From the IMG/VR virus record IMGVR_UViG_3300034069_000907, positions 4,016 through 68,015 of that record: a stretch of 64,000 bases of DNA, one strand, 5' to 3'. Source of the DNA: a virus. The translations under genes and the position numbers were made by a program. Positions 46,507-55,389 of the stretch are shown here, piece after piece. Below the pieces are notes generated by a model. It was given only the letters and a program-made list of their open reading frames with translations, was not told where the DNA came from and did no database searches. The number at the start of each line of letters is the position of its first letter. The stretch's first letter is position 1.

Positions 46507-47229
46507 GTGTCAGAGCACCACCCGATAGCCCACGCTTCCGTCGCTCACATGGTCGCGGCAAACCTGCCGCCGGACCGTGCGACCCGTCAGAAGATGATGG
46601 ATGACCTCTTCGCCCGTACGAACCTCGAGCGGGAGATGGTTCGGAAAGCCCGCGAGGAAGCCAAAGCAATGGCGACCCGCAAGATGATGGGCGAGCGCTT
46701 CGACATCGATCCCATCGCGATCCAGATGGTTATGCGCCTCAACTACATGCCACCGCAGCGCCGGGCGAAAGTCTGGACGCAGGTGCAGATCCTCGCCAAC
46801 GACATCGGCCTTGATGAGGACGTGCCCGTTGAGGAGGAGGAAGAGACCGGCCCCGTGTTCGATCGCAGCCGCACCGGCCAGCGCCAGGGCGGTTCGAACA
46901 TCGGCCCTGAGGGTGCACGCGCCGCCCGTGGCGAGAGCCGCAGCGTGATTCGCACCCGCGTAAACCTGAAGATGGCTGAGGAGATGATGGAGCGCGCTCG
47001 AAAGGGCCTGCCCATGCGCCACCGAGTCGGCCGGCCGTCGAACGAAGAGCGCGCCGCCCAGGCCTATGCCGAGCAGCGGCTTGAGGAGGAGTTCGACATC
47101 GCCCGGCAGAGGGATAGCGATCAGCGAGTGATCGAGCACCAGGCCTCCCCGCCGGCCGAGCAGCAGGCGGAGGGCGGGCACCAGGCGGAGCGCCAGGATC
47201 CGCCAAGGGCCATAGACCTCGAGGATTGA
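46507..47229 (+). CDS. GapR/DUF2312-like protein with long C-terminal extension
   Basis: FDIDPIAIQMVMRLNYMPPQRRAKVWTQVQILANDIGL aligns by eye with the GapR C-terminal helices. Confidence 0.55.
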   Translation: MSEHHPIAHASVAHMVAANLPPDRATRQKMMDDLFARTNLEREMVRKAREEAKAMATRKMMGERFDIDPIAIQMVMRLNYMPPQRRAKVWTQVQILANDIGLDEDVPVEEEEETGPVFDRSRTGQRQGGSNIGPEGARAARGESRSVIRTRVNLKMAEEMMERARKGLPMRHRVGRPSNEERAAQAYAEQRLEEEFDIARQRDSDQRVIEHQASPPAEQQAEGGHQAERQDPPRAIDLED

Positions 47230-47282
47230 TCGACCACAGCGGCCCCCACGAGGGGCCGTTTTAATTTCGGGCAATTTCGAGA

Positions 47283-47311
47283 TTGACGGGTTAATTAAAT
47301 ACCCGCAAATT
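47283..47311 (+). promoter_or_regulatory. candidate sigma70 promoter TTGACG-N17-CAAATT
   Basis: -35 at 47283-47288, -10 at 47306-47311; spacer holds CGGGT/ACCCG inverted repeat. Confidence 0.55.
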
Positions 47312-47340
47312 CAAATCTCCCCGAAATTACCCGAGTCACC

Positions 47341-47913
47341 ATGTCTCCCCCCGAACAGTCTTCGGCTGCGGATGCGGCCCCGTCGACACCCGATCGGATC
47401 ACGATCGACACCATCCGCTCTTGGCACGCCCGCGAGGATCGGAACCACTACAACTGCGGCCGCAACATCATCCAGATCGGATTCGTGATCGATGAGTGCG
47501 CGCGGCTGAAGCGCTACGATCGCCGCTATTCCGGCCCGGAGGCCAGGAAGCGCGACAAGGCGGGCCTGCCCCACGATGAGCGCACTTGGTACGTGGACGG
47601 CTCGCCATGTGCCTCGCTTGAGGAAGCAATCGAGCGTCTGAACAAGCCGATCGAGTTCACGGAATATGAGCTCGAGATCCTGGCGCAGATCCCGACTGAG
47701 CTAACCGACATCCGCGAGCTCCGCTGCAAGATCGCCGGCATCGAGCCGGGCGAGGCTCCGATCCACGGTTCCGACTCGCCTCTCTCCAAGGTGACGACGG
47801 CCATGCTGATGCTGGCGGCCAAGGGCGCCACGGAATACGGCCGCCTCCCCATGCCGGTTGAGGACGAAGCGCCCGGCCGGCGCACCGTTGCCGCTATCCG
47901 CAGAAAGGTTTGA
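47341..47913 (+). CDS. hypothetical protein (190 aa)
   Basis: Long ORF downstream of the candidate promoter; GC3-rich codons. Confidence 0.7.
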   Translation: MSPPEQSSAADAAPSTPDRITIDTIRSWHAREDRNHYNCGRNIIQIGFVIDECARLKRYDRRYSGPEARKRDKAGLPHDERTWYVDGSPCASLEEAIERLNKPIEFTEYELEILAQIPTELTDIRELRCKIAGIEPGEAPIHGSDSPLSKVTTAMLMLAAKGATEYGRLPMPVEDEAPGRRTVAAIRRKV

Positions 47914-47916
47914 GCC

Positions 47917-49632
47917 ATGACTTCACCCTCTCAAGATCAAGACCTGCGGACGGCGCTGGAAGGCGACTGGGCCGCACAGATTGCTCACAGCCTCGTCGGC
48001 AAGCCTCGCGATGACATCGCAGAAGCACTGAGAAAGGCCGAAGCAAACGGGCACATCATGGGCCACGCTGCTGCGTCCCCCGCACAGGCACCGGACAAGG
48101 CGGGCGAGCGGGAGGGGGTGGAGCGTTTCCTACTGGAAATGGCGCCTGATGTGCAGCGTTCGGGCGATTTCGTCGGGCTGACATTTAGCCTTTCAAACGA
48201 GGCAGAACAGTTCACGCATTTGCTGTCACGCCTGTCAGAACTCACCTCCCAGCCCGATGAGACTGGGGGAAGCCGGGAGATGAGTAAAGTTCCGGTGCCA
48301 ACGTGGCTACTCAACTTCATCCGAGATGGCGCACGGACGGTGCTACGCACCAGCCTTCCTGGTGGCGAAGATCGAGACGTTGCCGAGCGGGCAGCTAAAT
48401 GGGCTGATGAGCAAGAGTGCTCTTGCGTCGTTTGCGTCGCAGCTAGGGCTCGCCAGCCCAACGGGACCGAGGCGAGCCGGGGCGTGGGTGCGGAGGTCTG
48501 GTATGCGAACGACAAGCTACCAGATGTCGGCCGCAAATTCATTGCGTTGTGGGACGACGGCAGCGGCGCAGCTCTCCTCTACCGGCACGACGATGGCTTC
48601 ATCGACAGTGACGGCGACGACAGCACAGTTCTGAGCACCAGCTTGGATCGCTGGGCCTACCTGCCAGACGATTTCGAGTTTCGTTGCGAGCTTGTGGCAG
48701 AGCCCGGCGAAGCGCCGATGAGCTTGACGGTCGCCGCCACCCCCACGCCGCCCCTCTCGCCCGACAGCACGGGGCCTGCAGCATCCAATTTTCGCGTGCA
48801 TAGCGCACGAGAAGATTTAAGGCCCGCCCTCACCCCGTCCGCACCCATCGCGACCCCCACGCCACCCCTCTCGCTTGACAGCACGGGGCCTGCGGGGGCG
48901 CCCCGCGTCCTGAGCGCCAAGCTGATCCCGTGGGAGCCCAGTAGCGCGGGCGGCGTCGCTTTGGTCTTCAGCGACGGTCTTGAGTGCGCGATGCCTTTGG
49001 AAGGTGAGGCTCGCCCGCCGCGAGATTTGAGTACAGAACAGGTTTCCGAGCTTCTAAGGAAGGCCTGCGATCATGCCGGCGGACAATCTGCCTTTGCCGA
49101 CAAGCACGATCTGTCGAAGCAGTACGTCAATAACGTTTGCAACGGTCAACGGGAGCCGGGACAAGGTATTGCCGAAGCGCTTGGCCTGCAACGGCGTGTG
49201 GTGTTCTCGCCTCTCTCGCCCCACAGCCCGGGGCCTGCGGGGGCGGGTCAGAGCGCACAACAACTGGCAGAAGAAATCGCATCTAAAGCATGGGGCTCGG
49301 TGGAATATGGGGCGCGCCTGACTTCGTTGAGGCATGCGGTCGTCACGGAGATCGTCGCCGCCCTCACCCCGTCCGCACCCATCGCAGCCCCCGTGCGGGA
49401 TGACGGACAACTGATGATGTCCGCTCCGAAAGACCGAGAAATCCTGCTGTACGGCGTCCTCGGTCGAGACAGGTCGATGCGACCAGCTTGGTACATCGGC
49501 AAGTGGTCAGATGCTTGCGGCTTTTGGGCCGCTCACGCCCTTCAGCTTCACGCCACGTCGTGGGCCGAACTGCCGTCCGCACCCGCAGGCGATGTGCCGG
49601 GTGAGGCTCAGACCCAAGACGTGAGGCGATGA
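47917..49632 (+). CDS. mosaic multidomain protein: two DUF551-like modules and an embedded XRE-type HTH, joined by repeated linkers
   Basis: WYANDKLPDVG...RWAYLP and MSAPKDREILL...WAELPSAP; GGQSAFADKHDLSKQYVNNVCNGQREP HTH; internal DNA repeats. Confidence 0.75.
   Translation: MTSPSQDQDLRTALEGDWAAQIAHSLVGKPRDDIAEALRKAEANGHIMGHAAASPAQAPDKAGEREGVERFLLEMAPDVQRSGDFVGLTFSLSNEAEQFTHLLSRLSELTSQPDETGGSREMSKVPVPTWLLNFIRDGARTVLRTSLPGGEDRDVAERAAKWADEQECSCVVCVAARARQPNGTEASRGVGAEVWYANDKLPDVGRKFIALWDDGSGAALLYRHDDGFIDSDGDDSTVLSTSLDRWAYLPDDFEFRCELVAEPGEAPMSLTVAATPTPPLSPDSTGPAASNFRVHSAREDLRPALTPSAPIATPTPPLSLDSTGPAGAPRVLSAKLIPWEPSSAGGVALVFSDGLECAMPLEGEARPPRDLSTEQVSELLRKACDHAGGQSAFADKHDLSKQYVNNVCNGQREPGQGIAEALGLQRRVVFSPLSPHSPGPAGAGQSAQQLAEEIASKAWGSVEYGARLTSLRHAVVTEIVAALTPSAPIAAPVRDDGQLMMSAPKDREILLYGVLGRDRSMRPAWYIGKWSDACGFWAAHALQLHATSWAELPSAPAGDVPGEAQTQDVRR
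48739..49385 (+). repeat. two families of in-frame direct repeats inside the 571-aa ORF
   Basis: A: 48739-48779 and 48853-48893 (38/41), partial 49213-49245. B: CCGCCCTCACCCCGTCCGCACCCATCGC at 48824-48851 and 49358-49385 (28/28). Confidence 0.9.
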
Positions 49633-49928
49633 AGCCCGGCCGCATTCCCTGCTGCGTCCCGTTCTGCCGGCGCACGGCGGATGCGGCGAAGATGGCACCT
49701 CATACCGAGATGATTTGCCAGAAGCATTGGAAGCTGGTGCCGGCGGAGACCAAGGCCCGGTACCGGCATGTCCGGCGCCGGGCAACGAGGATTTGGAAGG
49801 CGATCTACCGCTCCAGCAAGATCCAGCAGCCGGGCCGCGAGGCCCTCTACAATCGATCGGTGCGGGACATCGTCGCCACCTGGGAGCGCATCAAGCGCGA
49901 GGCAATCGAGAGAGCAGCAGGGATTTGA
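49629..49928 (+). CDS. basic Cys/His protein (IPCCVPFCRRT...ICQKHW)
   Basis: ATGA coupling; Zn-ligand-like pattern. Confidence 0.7.
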   Translation: MKPGRIPCCVPFCRRTADAAKMAPHTEMICQKHWKLVPAETKARYRHVRRRATRIWKAIYRSSKIQQPGREALYNRSVRDIVATWERIKREAIERAAGI

Positions 49929-49930
49929 CC

Positions 49931-50104
49931 ATGGCAACTCCGAAGAAACGCAAGGCGCCTGTGCCGGCCGACATCAAGGCCGCTCAGGCTCTCCTCACCG
50001 AGCTCGTCAAGCTGCGAGCCGAGAACAAGGCCCTGAAGAAATCCAACGAGGCGCTCGACCGCGAGGTGAAGGCTCTCGAGAGGAAGGCAAAGGCAAAACC
50101 ATGA
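49931..50104 (+). CDS. small basic coiled-coil protein (57 aa)
   Basis: ATG 49931; heptad pattern; coupled to next ORF. Confidence 0.6.
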   Translation: MATPKKRKAPVPADIKAAQALLTELVKLRAENKALKKSNEALDREVKALERKAKAKP

Positions 50105-50289
50105 GGCTCGCATTCGTCAACGCCGTCGCCATCGCCTGTCTCGTGGTGATCCTCACCACCAAGCCGGTGAAGGCCGCCATGGAGCCGGAAGAGCTCATGG
50201 TGCGCCTCGCCACCGGCATCTCGCTCAAGGCCACGGCGCCCGACCGCCGGCGCGCCCGCAGGATTCGGAGGGCCTTGTCTCATGGCTGA
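50101..50289 (+). CDS. small protein with N-terminal hydrophobic segment (62 aa)
   Basis: ATGA coupling; MRLAFVNAVAIACLVVIL. Confidence 0.55.
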   Translation: MRLAFVNAVAIACLVVILTTKPVKAAMEPEELMVRLATGISLKATAPDRRRARRIRRALSHG

Positions 50290-51244
50290 GAACACCGCAA
50301 TCGAGTGGACGGATCACACCTTCAATCCCTGGTGGGGATGCACGAAGGTCGGGCCCGGGTGCGATCACTGCTATGCCGAGACCTTCGACAAGCGGGTTGG
50401 TGGCGCGCATTGGGGGCCCGGTGCACCTCGCCGGTTGGTCAAGGATTGGACCGGCCCGCGCAAGTGGAACGCCGCCGCCCTGCGCGCCGGTACCCGCCCG
50501 TGGGTGTTCTGCGCCAGCATGGCGGACGTCTTCGACAACGAGGTACCGGCGGAGTGGCGTGAGGCCCTGTGGGATCTCGTGCGCTCCTGCCAGCAACTTA
50601 ACTGGCAATTCGTCACCAAGCGGATCGGCAACGCCGCGAAGATGCTCCCGCCGGATTGGGCCGAGAACTTCACGCACTGCGGGTTGATCGCCACGATCGT
50701 GACCCAGGCGGAGGCGAGCCGAGATATTCCAAAGCTCCTGGACACACCGGCGCGCTGGCGGGGACTGAGCATGGAGCCATTGCTCGAGCGCGTGAGCCTC
50801 ACCGAGATCGAGCTCGTTGGCGGAGACTACGTTTTGAACGCTCTGGTGCCGATTTCAGAGGCTCAAGAGTGGGAATCCAGTTGGTCTCCAGAGGCAACCG
50901 GCATGGAGCTCGCTGCCTGCATCGAGGATTGGACCGAGGAATATGGATCCTATCCGCCGTCTGAGACGAAACCTCGCGGTCTGGATTGGGTCATCGTCGG
51001 CGGAGAGTCCGGGCCGCGGGCTCGCCCGTTCGTCCTGGAGTGGGCGGCCGCCATCGTCGCGGAGTGCGAGGCCGCCGGCGTCCCAGTGTTCGTGAAGCAG
51101 ATCGGGGACGCCCCGCGGGCGGAGAGCTCCGTCGGCGGCACCTTCCCGTTCCCGGCCTCGAAGAAGGGGAAGGACATGGCGCAGTGGTTGCCATCGCTTC
51201 GCGTCCGCCAGATGCCCCGGATCTACGATCAGGCCCATGCCTGA
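50282..51244 (+). CDS. DUF5131 (phage Gp37/Gp68) family, radical-SAM-like
   Basis: TAIEWTDHTFNPWWGCTKVGPGCDHCYAE, FCASMADVFD, SMEPLLE, LDWVIVGGESG, VFVKQIG. Confidence 0.92.
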   Translation: MAENTAIEWTDHTFNPWWGCTKVGPGCDHCYAETFDKRVGGAHWGPGAPRRLVKDWTGPRKWNAAALRAGTRPWVFCASMADVFDNEVPAEWREALWDLVRSCQQLNWQFVTKRIGNAAKMLPPDWAENFTHCGLIATIVTQAEASRDIPKLLDTPARWRGLSMEPLLERVSLTEIELVGGDYVLNALVPISEAQEWESSWSPEATGMELAACIEDWTEEYGSYPPSETKPRGLDWVIVGGESGPRARPFVLEWAAAIVAECEAAGVPVFVKQIGDAPRAESSVGGTFPFPASKKGKDMAQWLPSLRVRQMPRIYDQAHA

Positions 51245-51557
51245 TCCGCATCTCATCGGAAACGGCCGGTGGTGCTCCTGCTGCTACCCCGATGGACCGC
51301 CGGTAGAGTTCAAGCCCTGGCTCCTGAGCCGCGGCTGCAACGAATGCGCCGGCGCCGGCCGGATCGCCTTCACCTCAGAGCAAATCGTGGCCGCCACCGT
51401 CGCCGAGGTGCGGGCCTGGAAAGCAGGGAAGCCCAATGCGAAACCTTCGGACCTCAGCGAAACAGGTGGCCGACTTCGTGAAGAGCGATCGGCTCATCAA
51501 CCCGTTCCGGCCCGGCGGCGAGTTCAACTCCGCCGACAAATTCACCGTCCTACGTGA
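51237..51557 (+). CDS. possible small Zn-finger protein
   Basis: CNECAGAG (CxxCxGxG) and WCSCC; 3' end overlaps next ORF by about 120 nt. Confidence 0.4.
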   Translation: MPDPHLIGNGRWCSCCYPDGPPVEFKPWLLSRGCNECAGAGRIAFTSEQIVAATVAEVRAWKAGKPNAKPSDLSETGGRLREERSAHQPVPARRRVQLRRQIHRPT

Positions 51558-51807
51558 GGAGGTGAAGCGCACCAGGAAGTACCTCGAGGGCCTGGTGGCG
51601 GCGAACCGGATGCTCCCCGAAAACTTCGCATCGAAGGTCGGGGCGCTCGAGGCGCTCCTCGAGGATCTCCACCAGCAGATGACCGATCGCCTGCCGTCCG
51701 AGCTCCAGGACACCGCCCCGGCCATAATTTATTTGAAGAACGAAGCGCACCGCCAAGAATTTTTGAAGTGGGCGCAATCTCAGGGCATCCCGACCCGTCC
51801 GATCTGA
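51436..51807 (+). CDS. hypothetical coiled-coil protein (123 aa)
   Basis: GC3-rich codons, helical composition. Confidence 0.65.
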   Translation: MRNLRTSAKQVADFVKSDRLINPFRPGGEFNSADKFTVLREEVKRTRKYLEGLVAANRMLPENFASKVGALEALLEDLHQQMTDRLPSELQDTAPAIIYLKNEAHRQEFLKWAQSQGIPTRPI

Positions 51808-51936
51808 GAATATCGAATCGCCCCCTGCCACAGCGCCTTGATAATTTCGACGGGGAATTTCATTAAAGGGAAATCGCGTAATTTCGGCGCGTCGGAAATT
51901 CGAAATTCCGAAATCCCACCCCCCCCAGGAGCCAGC

Positions 51937-52932
51937 ATGGCAACCCAAGCCAAATTCTCCAAAGAGCAGGAGGCGATCATCGCTGCGCAAAACGCAGCGT
52001 GCAATCGCTTGCCCGACGACGCCGAGGCTCGGCGCCTCCTCATCTTCAACTGGCGAACTGCCCAGGGCAAAGAGGCCGACGCTGTTGCTAAGGTGAAGGA
52101 GGAGGTAGGTGCCGCCGCGCATCTCAAGAGCCTCACGAAGCGGCACGGCATGGAGAAGCCTGCCCTCGACTTCATCAAGGCGGTGTTCGCCATCGATCCG
52201 CTGAAGCGAGCTCGCGCCATTCGCCAGGTGTTCATGGTCGCGGACGATTACTCCTGGATCATCCGAGACTTGTTTGATGAGGGCGCCTTCGGCTCCGCGG
52301 TGCATGACGACGGCCAGGGCAGCGTGTTCGACCAGACCCGCACCGGCCAGAGCCAGGGCGGTGCCGCTGCACAGCCGCGCACCGTCGCCGAGATGGCGGC
52401 CAGCAACGGCGGCCCGGTCCCGACGCCCGGCCTGGATCTCTCGACCCCGGAAGCCCGTGCCGAGGTGATCGCCAAGTTCGCAGCGGCGGAGCTCGCAGCC
52501 AAGGGCAAGCGCGGTCCGAAGGGCCCGGACTACAAGGAGATGAAGGCCAACGCCGAGGCCGCCAAGAAGGCCGAGGAAGCCGCCAAGGCCGGCGCCGGTA
52601 CCGAGATCCCGCCCGCGCCTCCGGAGGGTGGCAACGTGGTGTCGTTCGTGCAGCAGCAGCGGGAGGCGAACGCCGCGGGCGACCAGATGGCCCGCGGCCA
52701 GAAGCCGGACGAGAAGAAGCCCGAGACTGCCCCCGAGCCCGAAAAGAAGAAGCGCCCCTCGCGCGCCAAGGCGAAGGACGACACCCCTCCGCCGCCGCCC
52801 GAGCAGGAGGCCAGCGGCGAGACCCCGCCGCCGCCTCCCGGTGACGATGACGACGATGGGCCCGACTTTCGTACTGCCCCCGTGGGGTCAAATACGGTCG
52901 GCGATCAGCCGTCTTCGTATGGCGTCCGCTAA
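51937..52932 (+). CDS. second GapR-like paralog with Pro/acidic disordered tail
   Basis: ATG 51937 after CAGGAG; HGMEKPALDFIKAVFAIDPLKRARAIRQV; shares VFDxxRTGQxQGG with 46507-47229. Confidence 0.55.
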   Translation: MATQAKFSKEQEAIIAAQNAACNRLPDDAEARRLLIFNWRTAQGKEADAVAKVKEEVGAAAHLKSLTKRHGMEKPALDFIKAVFAIDPLKRARAIRQVFMVADDYSWIIRDLFDEGAFGSAVHDDGQGSVFDQTRTGQSQGGAAAQPRTVAEMAASNGGPVPTPGLDLSTPEARAEVIAKFAAAELAAKGKRGPKGPDYKEMKANAEAAKKAEEAAKAGAGTEIPPAPPEGGNVVSFVQQQREANAAGDQMARGQKPDEKKPETAPEPEKKKRPSRAKAKDDTPPPPPEQEASGETPPPPPGDDDDDGPDFRTAPVGSNTVGDQPSSYGVR

Positions 52933-52958
52933 CTGAAACCTGCCGGGGCGAGTTCTCG

Positions 52959-53510
52959 ATGCTGATTCAAGCTCTCGACCCGGCCAAAGCCTGCGGGTTC
53001 GCCATTGGACCCGCAGGCGAAAAGCCGAATTCAGGCGTGATCGATCTCCGCAAGTCGGGCCAGCACCGCTCGGTCGGATGCGGCAACATCATCGCCTATC
53101 TCTCCGACACCTGGAATGTCCGGAAGCCTGACGTTCTCGCCTATGAAGCGCCGATGACCATCCAGGCCTGGCTGAACAACGCCAGGAAGTCAGGGCGCTA
53201 CCACGGCAGCGACGCGATCGAGAGCGCCCACGAGTTGAGCGGCGCCATCATGGGCGTGTGCGAGCGCTTCGGCGTCCGCTTCGAACAGGTCTACCGGATC
53301 TCGATGATGACGACGATTACCGGCAAAGCTGGATGGGGAGATCCAAAGCTCAACAAGCAGAAGATCATCCAGGGATTGATCGCCATGGGCATGCTGGATC
53401 CGTGGGTTACGGATGATGACCAGGCGGACGCGGTAGCTTTGCACGTCGCGGCATCTAAGAAATTTGCGAAGGTAGCCCCGCGGAATTTCGGGCTATTTTC
53501 CGGAAATTAA
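52959..53510 (+). CDS. RuvC-like Holliday junction resolvase
   Basis: ALDPAKACGFA (Asp), AYEAP (Glu), TGKAG...K, DDQADAVAL (Asp). Confidence 0.82.
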   Translation: MLIQALDPAKACGFAIGPAGEKPNSGVIDLRKSGQHRSVGCGNIIAYLSDTWNVRKPDVLAYEAPMTIQAWLNNARKSGRYHGSDAIESAHELSGAIMGVCERFGVRFEQVYRISMMTTITGKAGWGDPKLNKQKIIQGLIAMGMLDPWVTDDDQADAVALHVAASKKFAKVAPRNFGLFSGN

Positions 53511-53588
53511 GATTGACCGAAATTCGGAAATCCAGGAAACTCCGAAAACAGGCCGAGCAATCACGCCGCCTGTAACTCAGAGCATCCC

Positions 53589-54002
53589 ATGGACATCGAA
53601 AAGACCCTCCCCCTGGCGGCGGGTATCGCCTCCGCATTCGTGTCGAACCACCACGTCGCTCCTGGTGACATCCCCCGCCTCCTTGCTGAGACCCACGCTG
53701 CGGTGATCGCTGAGGCGAACGGCAAGAGCGCCTACGGATCAGCAGTCGAGCCCGACAAGCCGACGCCGCGCACGCCGTCTGAGGTCAAGAAGTCCATCAC
53801 TCACGACAAGCTCATCAGCTTCGAGGATGGCAAGCCGTACCGGACCCTGCGCCGACACCTCACGACGCTCGGCCTCACCCCGCAGGCTTACCGGGTGAAG
53901 TGGGGCCTTCCGGCCGACTATCCCATGACTGCGCCTGGCTACACCGAGATGCGGTCCAAGCTCGCGAAGTCCATCGGGCTCGGCCAGCGCCCTACCGCGT
54001 AG
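53589..54002 (+). CDS. mucR: Ros/MucR family transcriptional regulator, Cys-less finger variant
   Basis: AGIASAFVSNH, VKKSITHDKLISFEDGKPYRTLRRHL..LGLTP..YRVKWGLPADYPMTAPGY..MRSKLAKSIGLG. Confidence 0.93.
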   Translation: MDIEKTLPLAAGIASAFVSNHHVAPGDIPRLLAETHAAVIAEANGKSAYGSAVEPDKPTPRTPSEVKKSITHDKLISFEDGKPYRTLRRHLTTLGLTPQAYRVKWGLPADYPMTAPGYTEMRSKLAKSIGLGQRPTA

Positions 54003-54005
54003 CCG

Positions 54006-54254
54006 GTGGCGACCAAGTCACTCGACCTCGTCAGCCGAGAGGAGGCCGAGCGCCGCCTCAAGGCTGAGGAGGCGGCCGCAGCGGAGAAGGCCGAGAGGCT
54101 GAAGCGCGGCCCCGACATCCGGTCCGAGTCCTGCTGCGATTGCGGCGCGTTCGGGCCCTGGTGCGACGGGGAATTCAACTACTGCAAAGAGCATGTACCG
54201 CATTCGCTGCGGTACTTAGGCAAGACCCGCGAAGCAGAAGCGAGGCGCAGCTAA
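54006..54254 (+). CDS. small protein with CxxC / YCKEH motif (82 aa)
   Basis: CCDCGAFG...YCKEH; TAATG coupling to next ORF. Confidence 0.6.
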   Translation: MATKSLDLVSREEAERRLKAEEAAAAEKAERLKRGPDIRSESCCDCGAFGPWCDGEFNYCKEHVPHSLRYLGKTREAEARRS

Positions 54255-54829
54255 TGAACAAGCTCGATATGCTTGACCACCTGAACGCGATGAGTGGTGA
54301 AATCGCCGACGTTTCCGATGACGTCGTGCGCGGAATGGGTGAGGGCTATGCCGCCCTGCGCCGTCTCAACGCCATGCAGATCAAGGTGCAGCACGCGATT
54401 TCCGTGGTTGCCCTGAGTTTCCGCACCGATCCTGACATTTCCGATATTGCGAAATCCGGAAATTCCAGCGAAACCGAAACGGCCTTGCGACATGGAACTC
54501 AGGCCCAGGACGGCAGGGAGACCGTGACACCAGCGGGCGAGCTCGTTGGTGGAGTCGGGGACGGGACGGTTGCGGGCAAGGCACCGGGTGAAGACACACA
54601 CGCCGCTCAAACCGTCCAAGCCGTCGCGGTAGCCGCTCCAGGGGAACCTGGGGCGGCTCCGGACGCCGTTGATAGCGTCCTCGATCTTTGGGCAAACGGA
54701 GAGACCTCCGCCGAGGAGATCTACAAGCTCACCGGTTTCCCTGCGGAGCCCATTTTGGAACGCGCCCGTCGTTTCGGTGACACTCGCGTGGCGCGCGGTG
54801 ACTTGCTCCGCCTCGAGAAGGAGGCGTGA
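54254..54829 (+). CDS. hypothetical protein (191 aa)
   Basis: ATG 54254 overlapping the upstream TAA. Confidence 0.6.
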   Translation: MNKLDMLDHLNAMSGEIADVSDDVVRGMGEGYAALRRLNAMQIKVQHAISVVALSFRTDPDISDIAKSGNSSETETALRHGTQAQDGRETVTPAGELVGGVGDGTVAGKAPGEDTHAAQTVQAVAVAAPGEPGAAPDAVDSVLDLWANGETSAEEIYKLTGFPAEPILERARRFGDTRVARGDLLRLEKEA

Positions 54830-55389
54830 TGGCCCGCCTCATCCTTCACGCTCACAGGGATGGATGGGAGACGGCCCTCAACCATCCTGAGGCGGTGGTG
54901 ATCGACTACCCCGCCTCGATGCTGCGCCAGGGCACCCGGAAGTTCGATCTCCACGGATCGCCCCGGCGCCTCGCCTTCCTGGCCTTCATGCTCCGCGGCG
55001 CCGACATCACGCACGCACGCCGCGCCATCGCCCAGGCCGTCTATGGCGACGCTGGCACCCACGATCATCGCGTCACCGAGATCGCACAACTCTGCCGTCC
55101 GGCCTTGGCCTGGCTCGGCATGACCCTCGAGACCATCCACGGGCGTGGTCTCCGCCTGCACTCCGATCCCCGGGAGACCCTGCCGTGCAACGATGCGATT
55201 GCCCCTTCACAGCTTCCGCCTACGCGCTCGAGATCGTTCGGCGACGGTGCGAAAGCCTCACGGCCTCCACGCTCGAATTCGTCGCGGATCTCGAACGGGA
55301 ATGCGTGGAAACACACAAGGCGGCCGCGGCCATCGTCGGTGAGTTCCGCGGAGTCGACCCCGATCTCCAATGGGCCAGCGACTTCCTGA
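54826..55389 (+). CDS. winged-helix DNA-binding protein (OmpR C-terminal-like)
   Basis: IAQAVYG...VTEIAQLCRPALAWLGMTLETIHGRGLRL pattern; 3' end overlaps next ORF. Confidence 0.55.
   Translation: MMARLILHAHRDGWETALNHPEAVVIDYPASMLRQGTRKFDLHGSPRRLAFLAFMLRGADITHARRAIAQAVYGDAGTHDHRVTEIAQLCRPALAWLGMTLETIHGRGLRLHSDPRETLPCNDAIAPSQLPPTRSRSFGDGAKASRPPRSNSSRISNGNAWKHTRRPRPSSVSSAESTPISNGPATS

Noticed and set aside
44793-46669. Track ORFs in the switch region (e.g. 45247-45678, 45672-46025, 45821-46171, 46292-46669) as the CI repressor
   Set aside because: No HTH or S24 motif, no SD, Arg/Pro/Gly-rich composition typical of non-coding GC-rich frames.
47261-47311. CtrA boxes (TTAA-N7-TTAA) in the AT-rich promoter patches
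   Set aside because: Only half sites found; no full consensus at the loci inspected.
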